64,000 nucleotides of DNA from Eledone cirrhosa (taxonomy: Eukaryota), in the NCBI GenBank assembly GCA_964016885.1, contig OZ024741.1, forward strand, positions 390,910,001 to 390,974,000, written 5' to 3'. A program made the translations under genes and the position numbers. Below are positions 33,812 to 43,251 of this stretch, piece after piece. Below the pieces are notes generated by a model that was not told the origin of the DNA, did no database searches, and saw nothing but the letters and a program-made list of their open reading frames with translations. Position 1 is the stretch's first letter. Every line of letters begins with the position of its first letter.

Positions 33812-36800
33812 TTACAGACACATACTCAGAGAAGGCCCATTCATTCGGGCCATACTTGCTTCTCTCATCCATCTTTCAACAAAATGCTGGGAAGAGAGCA
33901 CTTCCCTCTCTACCCTGATTTTCCTTTTCAAATGAAATTTGAAAAAGTTAATCAGGGCATCACCGAAGAGGTAAGTGCTCGTCTTCAGCCCTTTCAAACG
34001 TGTCCACCATACTATCTCTTTCGCCATGGCCACCAGACAGATAAAAACTGCCTGCCCTTCCAGGCTAAGGAAGGGGGCGGGGCAATCCTCACGATGGACT
34101 CAGCTGATAGCTGGATCCGTCCTACACGTGACAACAGGTGTTCGACATAAACCCACAAGTCAGAAATGCTCGGACACTGGACGAGTGCGTGCAGGACGGT
34201 TTCGTCGCCCTGCGCGCATCTCGGACATGCCGGGCTGACGGCACCTCCATGCCTGTAGAGTTTATCCCGAACTGGCAAAGCTCCTCGGTAGCACTGCCAG
34301 GCTAGGGATTTCTGGAAGTTGTCCATAGGCCCCGGCCCGAAAGTCCTTCCGAAGAGATTGGCTAGTTGATTTTCGTCGACGCCTAGAGTTTCTCCAAGTA
34401 CGTCGTCGCTCTTCCCCTCCACTAATCCCCTATAGAACGCCAAGGTGGAGTTTCCACCGATCACATTGCCCGATTGGTCGAGGGCTGTGAGCGCCTGAAG
34501 ACATTCCAGTCTCCAAGCGCTCCCTCTCGGTCTTCGCTTGACCCAGGACTGCAGCTCCGTCAAGGAGACGAGCTGGGGAAAAACGTGTCTTGCAAACGGC
34601 GACCACACCTGATCACCGTCGAGGAAGAGGTGGAGATGTCGTAGCCTGAGCGCGTGTCTGCGCATCATCAGCCACGGCATGCCCAGCCCTCCACGTAGCG
34701 GGTGTTGACAGCAGATGGACCGCCTGACCATCGGAGCGCGTCCCTTCCACAAGAAGCGAAAGAGCAAACGCTCCAGCGCAGTCAGGCGGGGCTTAGGACA
34801 AGGTACGACGGTCAGGCGGTAGTAGATGACGGATGCGATGTACGCATTCGCCACCTCCGCTCGACCTTTCAGGGATAGCTTCCTCTCGGCCCATTTCTGG
34901 GTGAGAGAAGCCACCCTGCTCGTCACCTCGTCCCAGTTTTTGTCCGTCTGGAGGTCTGGACCGAACCAGACCCCTAGCAGTTTAACCGGTCCGTCCGTCC
35001 AGCGCCCGACGACGCTGTTGGACGGCATGGACCTGCCTCTCCAGGTGCCGAGCTGCAGGCCCACTGACTTTTCCTGGTTGATCATTGCTCCTGTCACCGC
35101 TTCGTATTCTCTTAGTGTAGTGCCGATCGCCTCGATGTGTTTGGCGTTCGACACCACTACGGTGACATCGTCCGCATATGCTGACACGGATCTTCCGCAT
35201 CCTAGTTCGCGCGGGACCCCCCTCAACGTCTCCAGTTTGTGCAGTAATGGGTCGAGAGTCAATACGTACAATAGAGACGAGAGGGGACATCCTTGGCGGA
35301 CCGAGCGCATGATGCTGAACGGTTCCGAAAGGTGACCGTTCACTCTCACTACAGAGCAGATGTCGCTGTGCATGGCAGCGATCCAGCCTCTGAAGACGGG
35401 CCCAAAGCCAGCCGCCCTCAGGACTGCCGTTAGGTAACGATGGTCGACCCTATCGAAGGCTTTCGACTGATCTAAATTGATCAAAGACCCACCCGTGCCA
35501 GGTTCCCTAGCTACCCTCTCTACGATGTATCGCATGAGGTGGAGGTTGTCGTGGATGGATCTGTCGGGAATGGCGCATGTCTGTGCCTCTCCCACCAGAC
35601 CACCAACGACAAGCGCCAACCTCTTTGCTAGCACCTTGGCCAAAATCTTGAACTCTGTGTTTAGCAGAGTTATGGGCCTAAAATTATCTATGTTATCCCC
35701 CTTGTTCGGATCCTTTCTCAGTAGCGCCACCGCTCCTCGGCTCACAGAGCTGGGAATTCTCCCGTTCTGTTGCCAGTTGCAGTAGACGTCCGCCAAGAGG
35801 CCTCCGAACAAGTTTGGCATTTGTACGTAAAGTTCATAGGGCAGACCATCCAAACCAGGCGATTTGCCCCTTGTGCAACTAGTCATTGCATCCCGTACTT
35901 CAGCGGTTGTTATCGGCTTTTCGCAACACTCCGCCTCAGTGGCCGAAAGCCGCGGCAGTCCGTCGAGGTAGACACTAAAGTCCATCCCTCGATCCGGCCC
36001 GCCACTGCCCCCGAACAGTTGAGCGAAGTGTCGCTGAAAAGCTTCACACATTTGCCCGGGATCGAGTAGCATGCGCCCGTCGTGGTCCACCAAAGACCGG
36101 ATCGTAGCTTTGTTGCCACGACGCGCCTCCGCCACTCGGGCCCATTGAACGGCTTTCGCCCCCTCGTGTCTGAGAGCACGCACCCTAGCTCTGACAACGC
36201 AGCCTTCGTGCTTTGCATTGAAGAATTGGTCAAGGGCCAATTTCGCCGCAAGTACGTCGGTTGCGATGCCTTTGCTAAGCGCCTCATCTAATTTTCTAAC
36301 TAATTCTCCCTCTGCTCTATTTTTCTCTATTGCTAAAGTCTTACTAAACCTAATGGACTCTATTCTAATTGCTCTTTTCAGAGCAAACCACCACTTGTTG
36401 TTGACGATGGCCCCCGTCAACGCCCGCTTAACTAGTTCGCTAATCCGGTCTCTGTAGGCCTTGCGCGCTGGTAAGGACGCGTTTAGCTTCCAGTAGCCGG
36501 GTCCTCGTCTATGAAGCCTATCTAAGTCAAGCACACAGGTCACGAATTTGTGGTCCGTGTAGCTGACTATCTTGAATTGTGGACAGCCTATGCTAGACCT
36601 ATCTATTTCCCTACAAAATACTCTATCTAGATATGATCTGGATGACCCTATGCGATTTGTCCAAGTACACATTGGTACATTCGGGAAATCCATTCGGTAC
36701 CTGTCAGACAGTTCAAAACGTCTGAGCAGGTTGGTGAGACTCTTGCACCCTCCTTCCCTATCCACTAATCCCACACAATCCTAGCATGCATCTAAGATCC

Positions 36801-37230
36801 CGTTCCAGTCGCCCACTAACACTAAAGAGCGGGACGTTCCAAGAAAGGTCTCCAGACGCCGGAAGAAATCAGGCCGCCCTGCTCCTGTCGGGGCATAGAC
36901 GGCCACTAACCTGAAAGCTTGCCCGTCTCCGCTGGTCACGTCCAGCACCACCAACTTACCTTCTGGGTCCAGGAAGATGGCCCGTATGGCAAGATCCAAA
37001 CCTCTCCGAAAAAGCACAGCAACTCCTCCCCCCGATCCCGGACGGCTGGGAGATGCGTACACATCGTAGCCGCCGAAGATCGGTGCGAAAGCCTGTGCTT
37101 CGGAGATTCTGGTCTCGCTGATGGCCACTACATCTATGTTTAGTGACCTGAGGTCGTTGAGCAGGTGGCCCTGCTTCCATGACGACCCCAAGCCACGCGC
37201 ATTTATGCTGCCTATTCTGAGTGAGGTCAT
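33812..37230 (-). pseudogene. Tx1 ORF2 (APE endonuclease, RT, C-terminal CCHC), disrupted
   Basis: TGG>TAG at 36781-36783 relative to copy 2 and a 1-nt frameshift near 34070; otherwise almost identical to 39797-43216. Confidence 0.93.
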
Positions 37231-37264
37231 GTTGAAAAGGAGTGGAAAAGATGGGAAAGACCAC

Positions 37265-39262
37265 TTACCTTACTTCTCGTAGGGGAAGGACGGCTTTTCC
37301 ATCCTTTTCACTGCTTGTGGCCTCCTCAGGAAGGATGTCCTTATAAATCCTCCTGGAGAGTGCTTGTCGGAAGTCTCCGATGTCTTTGGGGAATTTTTGT
37401 TTTAGTGTCATGTACGTTTTCTGTGTGATGCGAGTGATTTGTATGTGTGGAGGTGGTGTGAATTTTGGGGTTGTTGTGTAGTCTTTTTCTGTGATGCTGG
37501 TGTTGTGTTGGATGTAGTGTAATAATTGCTTGTTGTTCAAATTTAATGCTGTGTAGTGTGTATCGTTTTGGTTGTTTTGTTTTGTTTGCGTTTGTTGTGG
37601 GTTTGTTTCTGTTTCGTATTTTGGTGACTTTTGTGGTGTAGGTGATGGTGGTGCTGGGGATAATGATGGTGATGGTGTTGGTGTTTGGGTTGATGGGGTT
37701 GGTGATGCTGGTGTGGATGGTGGCATATCTGTCCTAACTTTTTTGTTTCTTAGTTTATTTGTTTCCCTCTGTATTTTGTTTTTGGAGGAGGAAGGAAGAG
37801 AATTTTTTCTTTTTTGGTTTCTTTTTTTTTTTCCGGATATCGTTTCCCACTCCTCGTCGTCACAATCTGTCTCCAGTTGTGATAGGCCGGGGAGTGGAAA
37901 ATCCTCCACAGCCGTTAGTTTTGGTTGTGGTGTGGTGGATGGTGTAGGCGCTGGTGCTAGTTCTGAAGCGTTGGGTGGTGGTGGTGTTGATTTTGCTGGT
38001 GGTGGTAGTGGTGTTGGTTTTGCTACTGTTGCTGGGGTTGTTGCTGTTATAGTTGCTTCTGTTGTTGTTGCTACAGTTGTTGCTGGCATCTCTGCTACTG
38101 GTGGTGTTGATGGTTGTGTCACTGGGGTGGGTAGGAGAGGTGGCCTCAACCTTTTAGCCTGAGGGCAGAAAGCCCTTAGGTGGGTTTCTTCACCACAAAC
38201 GACACACCTAGGTCTTCTGCCCTCGACAATTACCGTGAGGTGGCTGCCGTCAGTGAGGTCTATTACCTCTGGGATCTCCTCAATGCTTTTTTGGTCCGCT
38301 TGGATCAGGAGCTCCATCCCAGATCCGGACCAGTTTTCCTGCTTTTCTTTTGCTATTGTTATTATTTTCGTGTTGGCCTCGATGCCGGCGATGACAGCCG
38401 CTATTAGCCAGGGAATTTCGATGGCCGGTGGAACGTGGGTCACCCTGATCTTTACGAGTCTCTGGCCACAATAGCTTGGGACGAGTGTGAAGTCGTCACT
38501 TTTTAATGGGGCCATGGAGTGTTCTCTAGCCTCCTCTGGTGTTTCAAAGAACACATCCACGGTTCCATACTTTTGCCCACGTCTGATGTGGGTTTTTCTT
38601 GCCCACACATGTCCCAAAGCTTTTTGGATTTGGGACTCGGATGCCCGTTCCACTCGGCGCGATTTTACATTTATTGTTCTATACGACACGGTGCACAGGC
38701 GCCGATGCTCCATTTTATTAGGTGGGGGGGGGGGGGGGGGGGTGAGGCTGACCCTGTACCCATCTTTCTTTACCATTTGTTTGGCATTTTCTAAATCTTC
38801 TTGAGTTACCGTGAACGCTTCGAATTGTTTTGCTACTCTGGCGAAACTGAGGGTCGGTTTTATAATGTCATTGTTGTTGTTGTTGCTATCGTTAATATTA
38901 ATTTTAGTTTCAGATGTGGTGATGGTGACGTCAGTCGTCTTTGGTGCGGAAGAGTCCATTTTGCTTGATTTCATTTCGACATCACGAGTTAATATATTTT
39001 TTTCTTCTTTTGTTTCTGTTGTCGCGGTGGTGGTGGGGGTGGTGGTTGTCGCGGTGGTGGTGGTGGTGGAGGCTTTAACACCTGCAGTCATTGGTAATGG
39101 CGGGAAATGAATGTCTGCCTGAGACAAATTTAAAATATTGCTACTGCTTATATTTTTTTTTGTGTTGGCAAACGTAGTAACATTTACAATGGTGGTGTCG
39201 GTGTGAGGTGTTATTTTGTGAGGAAGGCTTTCAGCTGCTTCGTGCAGAGGGGAATTAGCCAT
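37265..39262 (-). CDS. Tx1 ORF1 (Gag-like nucleic-acid-binding protein, 665 aa) with CCHC zinc knuckle
   Basis: Intact ORF upstream of ORF2; CVVCGEETHLRAFC (CX2CX4HX4C); T/P-rich linkers. Confidence 0.9.
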   Translation of the reverse strand: MANSPLHEAAESLPHKITPHTDTTIVNVTTFANTKKNISSSNILNLSQADIHFPPLPMTAGVKASTTTTTATTTTPTTTATTETKEEKNILTRDVEMKSSKMDSSAPKTTDVTITTSETKININDSNNNNNDIIKPTLSFARVAKQFEAFTVTQEDLENAKQMVKKDGYRVSLTPPPPPPPNKMEHRRLCTVSYRTINVKSRRVERASESQIQKALGHVWARKTHIRRGQKYGTVDVFFETPEEAREHSMAPLKSDDFTLVPSYCGQRLVKIRVTHVPPAIEIPWLIAAVIAGIEANTKIITIAKEKQENWSGSGMELLIQADQKSIEEIPEVIDLTDGSHLTVIVEGRRPRCVVCGEETHLRAFCPQAKRLRPPLLPTPVTQPSTPPVAEMPATTVATTTEATITATTPATVAKPTPLPPPAKSTPPPPNASELAPAPTPSTTPQPKLTAVEDFPLPGLSQLETDCDDEEWETISGKKKRNQKRKNSLPSSSKNKIQRETNKLRNKKVRTDMPPSTPASPTPSTQTPTPSPSLSPAPPSPTPQKSPKYETETNPQQTQTKQNNQNDTHYTALNLNNKQLLHYIQHNTSITEKDYTTTPKFTPPPHIQITRITQKTYMTLKQKFPKDIGDFRQALSRRIYKDILPEEATSSEKDGKAVLPLREVR

Positions 39263-39471
39263 TTTTTTTCAAAGAAATTTTTGGATAATAATAAAAGTTA
39301 AAATTTTGGGCACAAGGCCCCAATCTTTTTGGGTGTCCTTTTCGGAAAACAATGTATGTGTGCTTATAAACAGTTTACAATACAATTTTCCATAAATGGC
39401 AATTTTTAAACAAACGGAAATAACAAACCTTTGCGGAGCTCACGATAATACGATTTCCTACGTAGGTCGCC

Positions 39472-39534
<63 letters not shown>
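39472..39534. repeat. (AAT)n microsatellite joining two head-to-tail Tx1 copies
   Basis: Directly visible. Confidence 0.95.
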
Positions 39535-39536
<2 letters not shown>

Positions 39537-39796
39537 TTTCTTTATTAACCACAAGGGTTTACATAAAGTAGACATTAAGGACAGTGCAGGACAATGCAGG
39601 ACGGTACAAATGGGCATTTCTGCGTGTAAAAAAACAAAAACAGAGGATGTAACAAAAATAACAATGAAAATAACAATGAAAAATTCCCCAATAGGGGGGA
39701 GACTTCGGAGGGACATTTGTGGAGAAAGCCCAGTAAAAAGCCACAATGACCCTGACCACCAAGGCAAGTGCCCTCTCCCAGTTTTCCACCTTTAGT

Positions 39797-42700
39797 TTAC
39801 AGATATATACTCAGAGTCGGCCCATTCACCTGGGCCATTCTTGCTTCTCTCACCCATCTTTCAACAAAATGCTGGGAAGAGAGCACTTCCTTCTCTACTC
39901 TGATTTTCCTTTTCAAATGAAATTTGAAAAAGTCAATCAGAGCATCACCGAAGAGGTAAGTGCTCGTCTTCAGCCCTTTCAAACGTGTCCACCATACTAT
40001 CTCTTTCGCCATGGCCACCAGGCAGATAAAAACTGCCTGCCCTTCCCGGCTAAAGGAGGAGGGCGGGGCAATCCTCACGATGGACTCAGATGATAGCCGG
40101 ATCCGTCCTAAACGCGACAGCAGGTGTTCGACATAAACCCACAAGTCAGCAATTTTCGGACACTGGACGAGTGCGTGCAGGACGGTTTCGTCGCCCTGCG
40201 CGCATCTCGGACATGCCCGGCTGACGGCACCTCCATGCCTGTAGAGTTTATCCCGAACTGGCAAGGCTCCTCGGTAGCACTGCCAGGCCAGAGATTTCTG
40301 GAAGTTGTCCATAGGCCCTGGCCCGAAAGTTCTTCCGAAGAGATTGGTTAGTTGATTTTCGTCGACGCCTAGAGTTTCCCCAAGTACGTCGTCGCTCTTA
40401 CCCTCCACTAATCCTCTATAGAACGCCGAGGTGGAGTTTCCACCGATCACATTGCCCGATTGGTCGAGGGCTGTGAGCGCCTGAAGACATTCCAGTCTCC
40501 AGGCGCTCCCTCTCGGTCTTCGCTTGACCCAGGACTGCAGCTCCGTCAAGGAAACGAGCTGGGGAAACACGCGTCTAGCAAACGGCGACCACACCTGATC
40601 ACCGTCGAGGAAGAGGTGGAGATGTCGTAGCCTGAGCGCGTGCCTGCGCATCATCAGCCACGGCATGCCCAGCCCTCCACGTAGCGGGTGTTGACAACAG
40701 ATGGACCGCCTGACCATCGGAGCGCGTCCCTTCCACAAAAAGCGAAAGAGCAAACGCTCCAGCACAGTCAGGCGAGGCTTAGGACAAGGTACGACGGTCA
40801 GGCGGTAGTAGATGACGGACGCGATGTACGCGTTAGCCACCTCCGCTCGACCTTTCAGGGATAGCTTCCTCTCGGCCCATTTCTGGGTGAGAGAAGCCAC
40901 CCTGCTCGTCACCTCGTCCCAGTTTTTGTCCGTCTGGAGGTCCGGACCGAACCAGACCCCTAGCAATTTAACCGGTCCGTCCGTCCAGCGTCCGACGACG
41001 CTGTTGGACGGCATGGACCTGCCTCTCCAGGTGCCGAGCTGCAGGCCCACTGACTTTTCCTGGTTGATCATTGCTCCTGTCACCGCTTCGTATTCTCTTA
41101 GTGTAGTGCCGATCGCCTCGATGTGTTTGGCGTTCGACACCACTACGGTGACATCGTCCGCATATGCTGATACGGATCTTCCGCATCCTAGTTCGCGCGG
41201 GACCCCCCTCAACGTCTCCAGTTTGTGCAGTAATGGCTCGAGAGTCAATACGTACAAGAGGGACGAGAGGGGACATCCTTGGCGGACCGAGCGCATGATG
41301 TTGAACGGTTCCGACAGGTGACCGTTCACTCTCACCACAGAGCAGATGTCGCTGTGCATGGCAGCGATCCAGCCTCTGAAGACGGGCCCAAAGCCAGCCG
41401 CCCTCAGGACTGCCGCTAGGTAACGATGGTCGACCCTATCGAAAGCTTTCGACTGATCTAAATTGATCAAGAACCCACCCGTGCCAGGTTCCCTAGCTAC
41501 CCTCTCTACGATGTATCGCATGAGGTGGAGGTTGTCGTGGATGGATCTGTCGGGAATGGCGCATGTCTGCGCCTCTCCCACCAGACCACCAACGACAAGC
41601 GCCAACCTCTTTGCTAGCACCTTGGCCAAAATCTTAAACTCTGTGTTTAGCAGAGTTATGGGCCGGAAATTGTCTATGTTATCCCCCTTGTTCGGATCCT
41701 TTCTCAGCAGTGCCACCGCTCCTCGGCTCACAGAACTGGGAATTCTCCCGTTCTGTTGCCAGTTGCAGTAGACGTCCGCCAAGAGGCCTCCGAACAAGTC
41801 TGGCATCTGTACGTAAAGTTCATAGGGCAGACCATCCAAACCAGGCGATTTACCCCTTGTGCAGCCAGTCATTGCCTCCCTTACTTCAGCGGCTGTTATC
41901 GGCTTTTCGCAACACTTCGCCTCAGTGGCCGAGAGCCGCGGCAGTCCGTCGAGGTAGACACTAAAGTCCATCCCTCTACCCGGCCCCCCGCTGCCCCCGA
42001 ACAGTTGAGCGAAGTGTCGCTGAAAAGCTTCACACATTTGCCCGGGATCGAGTAGCATGCGCCCGTCGTGGTCCACCAAAGACCGGATCGTGGCTTTGTT
42101 GCCACGACGCGCCTCCGCCACTCGGGCCCATTGAACGGCTTTCGTCCCCTCGTGTCTGAGAGTACGCACCCTAGCTCTGACAACGCAGCCTTCGTGCTTT
42201 GCATTGAAGAATTGGTCAAGGGCCAATTTCGCCGCAAGCACGTCGGTCGCAATGCCTTTGCTAAGCGCCTCGTCTAATTTTCTAACTAGTTCTCCCTCTG
42301 CTCTATTTTTCTCTATTGCTAAAGCCTTACTAAACCTAATCGATTCTATTCTAATCGCTCTTTTCAGAGCAAACCACCACTTGTTGTTGACGATGGCCCC
42401 CGTCAACGCCCGCTTAACTAGTTCGCTAATCCGGTCTCTGTAGGCCTTGCGCGCTGGTAAGGACGCGTTTAGCTTCCAGTAGCCGGGTCCTCGTCTATGA
42501 AGCCTATCTAAGTCAAGCACACAGGTCACGAATTTGTGGTCCGTGTAGCTGACTATCTTGAATTGTGGACAGCCTATGCTAGACCTATCTATTTCCCTAC
42601 AAAATACTCTATCTAGATATGATCTGGATGACCCTATGCGGTTTGTCCAAGTCCACATTGGCACATTCGGGAAATCCAATCGGTACCTGTCAGACAGTTC

Positions 42701-43216
42701 AAAACGCCTGAGCAGGTTGGTGAGGCTCTTGCACCCTCCACCCCTATCCGCTAATCCCACACAGTCCCAGCGTGCATCTAAGATCCCGTTCCAGTCGCCC
42801 ACTAACACTAAAGAGCGGGACGTTCCAAGAAAGGTCTCCAGACGCCGGAAGAAATCAGGCCGCCCTGCTCCTGTCGGGGCATAGACGGCCACTAGCCTGA
42901 AAGCTTGCCCGTCTCCGCTGGTCACGTCCAGCACCACCAGCTTACCCTCTGGGTCCAGGAAGATGGCCCGTATGGCGAGATCAAAACCTCTCCGAAAAAG
43001 CACAGCAACTCCTCCACCCGATCCAGGACGGCTGGGAGATGCGTACACATCGTAGCCGCCGAAGATCGGTGCGAAGGCCCGTGCTTCGGAGATTCTGGTC
43101 TCGCTGATGGCCACTACATCTATGTTTAGTGACCTGAGGTCGTTGAGCAGGTGACCCTGCTTCCATGACGACCCCAAGCCACGCGCATTTATGCTGCCTA
43201 TTCTGAGTGAGGTCAT
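39797..43216 (-). CDS. Tx1 ORF2, 1139 aa: APE endonuclease + reverse transcriptase + C-terminal CCHC
   Basis: GSINARGL, ISETR, VYAP, GDWN, SYLDR, TDH; KSPGLDG, NFRPITLLN, DQSKAFD, SVRQGCPLS, AYADD; CPRCAQGDETVLHALVQC. Confidence 0.96.
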   Translation of the reverse strand: MTSLRIGSINARGLGSSWKQGHLLNDLRSLNIDVVAISETRISEARAFAPIFGGYDVYASPSRPGSGGGVAVLFRRGFDLAIRAIFLDPEGKLVVLDVTSGDGQAFRLVAVYAPTGAGRPDFFRRLETFLGTSRSLVLVGDWNGILDARWDCVGLADRGGGCKSLTNLLRRFELSDRYRLDFPNVPMWTWTNRIGSSRSYLDRVFCREIDRSSIGCPQFKIVSYTDHKFVTCVLDLDRLHRRGPGYWKLNASLPARKAYRDRISELVKRALTGAIVNNKWWFALKRAIRIESIRFSKALAIEKNRAEGELVRKLDEALSKGIATDVLAAKLALDQFFNAKHEGCVVRARVRTLRHEGTKAVQWARVAEARRGNKATIRSLVDHDGRMLLDPGQMCEAFQRHFAQLFGGSGGPGRGMDFSVYLDGLPRLSATEAKCCEKPITAAEVREAMTGCTRGKSPGLDGLPYELYVQMPDLFGGLLADVYCNWQQNGRIPSSVSRGAVALLRKDPNKGDNIDNFRPITLLNTEFKILAKVLAKRLALVVGGLVGEAQTCAIPDRSIHDNLHLMRYIVERVAREPGTGGFLINLDQSKAFDRVDHRYLAAVLRAAGFGPVFRGWIAAMHSDICSVVRVNGHLSEPFNIMRSVRQGCPLSSLLYVLTLEPLLHKLETLRGVPRELGCGRSVSAYADDVTVVVSNAKHIEAIGTTLREYEAVTGAMINQEKSVGLQLGTWRGRSMPSNSVVGRWTDGPVKLLGVWFGPDLQTDKNWDEVTSRVASLTQKWAERKLSLKGRAEVANAYIASVIYYRLTVVPCPKPRLTVLERLLFRFLWKGRAPMVRRSICCQHPLRGGLGMPWLMMRRHALRLRHLHLFLDGDQVWSPFARRVFPQLVSLTELQSWVKRRPRGSAWRLECLQALTALDQSGNVIGGNSTSAFYRGLVEGKSDDVLGETLGVDENQLTNLFGRTFGPGPMDNFQKSLAWQCYRGALPVRDKLYRHGGAVSRACPRCAQGDETVLHALVQCPKIADLWVYVEHLLSRLGRIRLSSESIVRIAPPSSFSREGQAVFICLVAMAKEIVWWTRLKGLKTSTYLFGDALIDFFKFHLKRKIRVEKEVLSSQHFVERWVREARMAQVNGPTLSIYL

Positions 43217-43251
43217 GTTTAAAATAGAGTGGAAAAGATGGGAAAGACCAC

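Larger units (their letters stand above)
33569..39471 (-). mobile_element. Full-length L1/Tx1-clade LINE (copy 1), ORF2 with a nonsense codon and a late frameshift
   Basis: 5'UTR-ORF1-ORF2-3'UTR-AATAAA between (AAT)n tracts. Confidence 0.95.

Noticed and set aside
37231-37264. Stop read-through or fixed frameshift linking Tx1 ORF1 and ORF2
   Set aside because: Spacer lengths differ (34, 35 and 33 nt in copies 1-3), so no common frame relation exists
34826-42884. Recurrent + strand ORFs of 100-170 aa antisense to Tx1 ORF2
   Set aside because: Expected shadow frames of a GC-rich coding strand; they recur only because the copies are near-identical and have no recognisable domain
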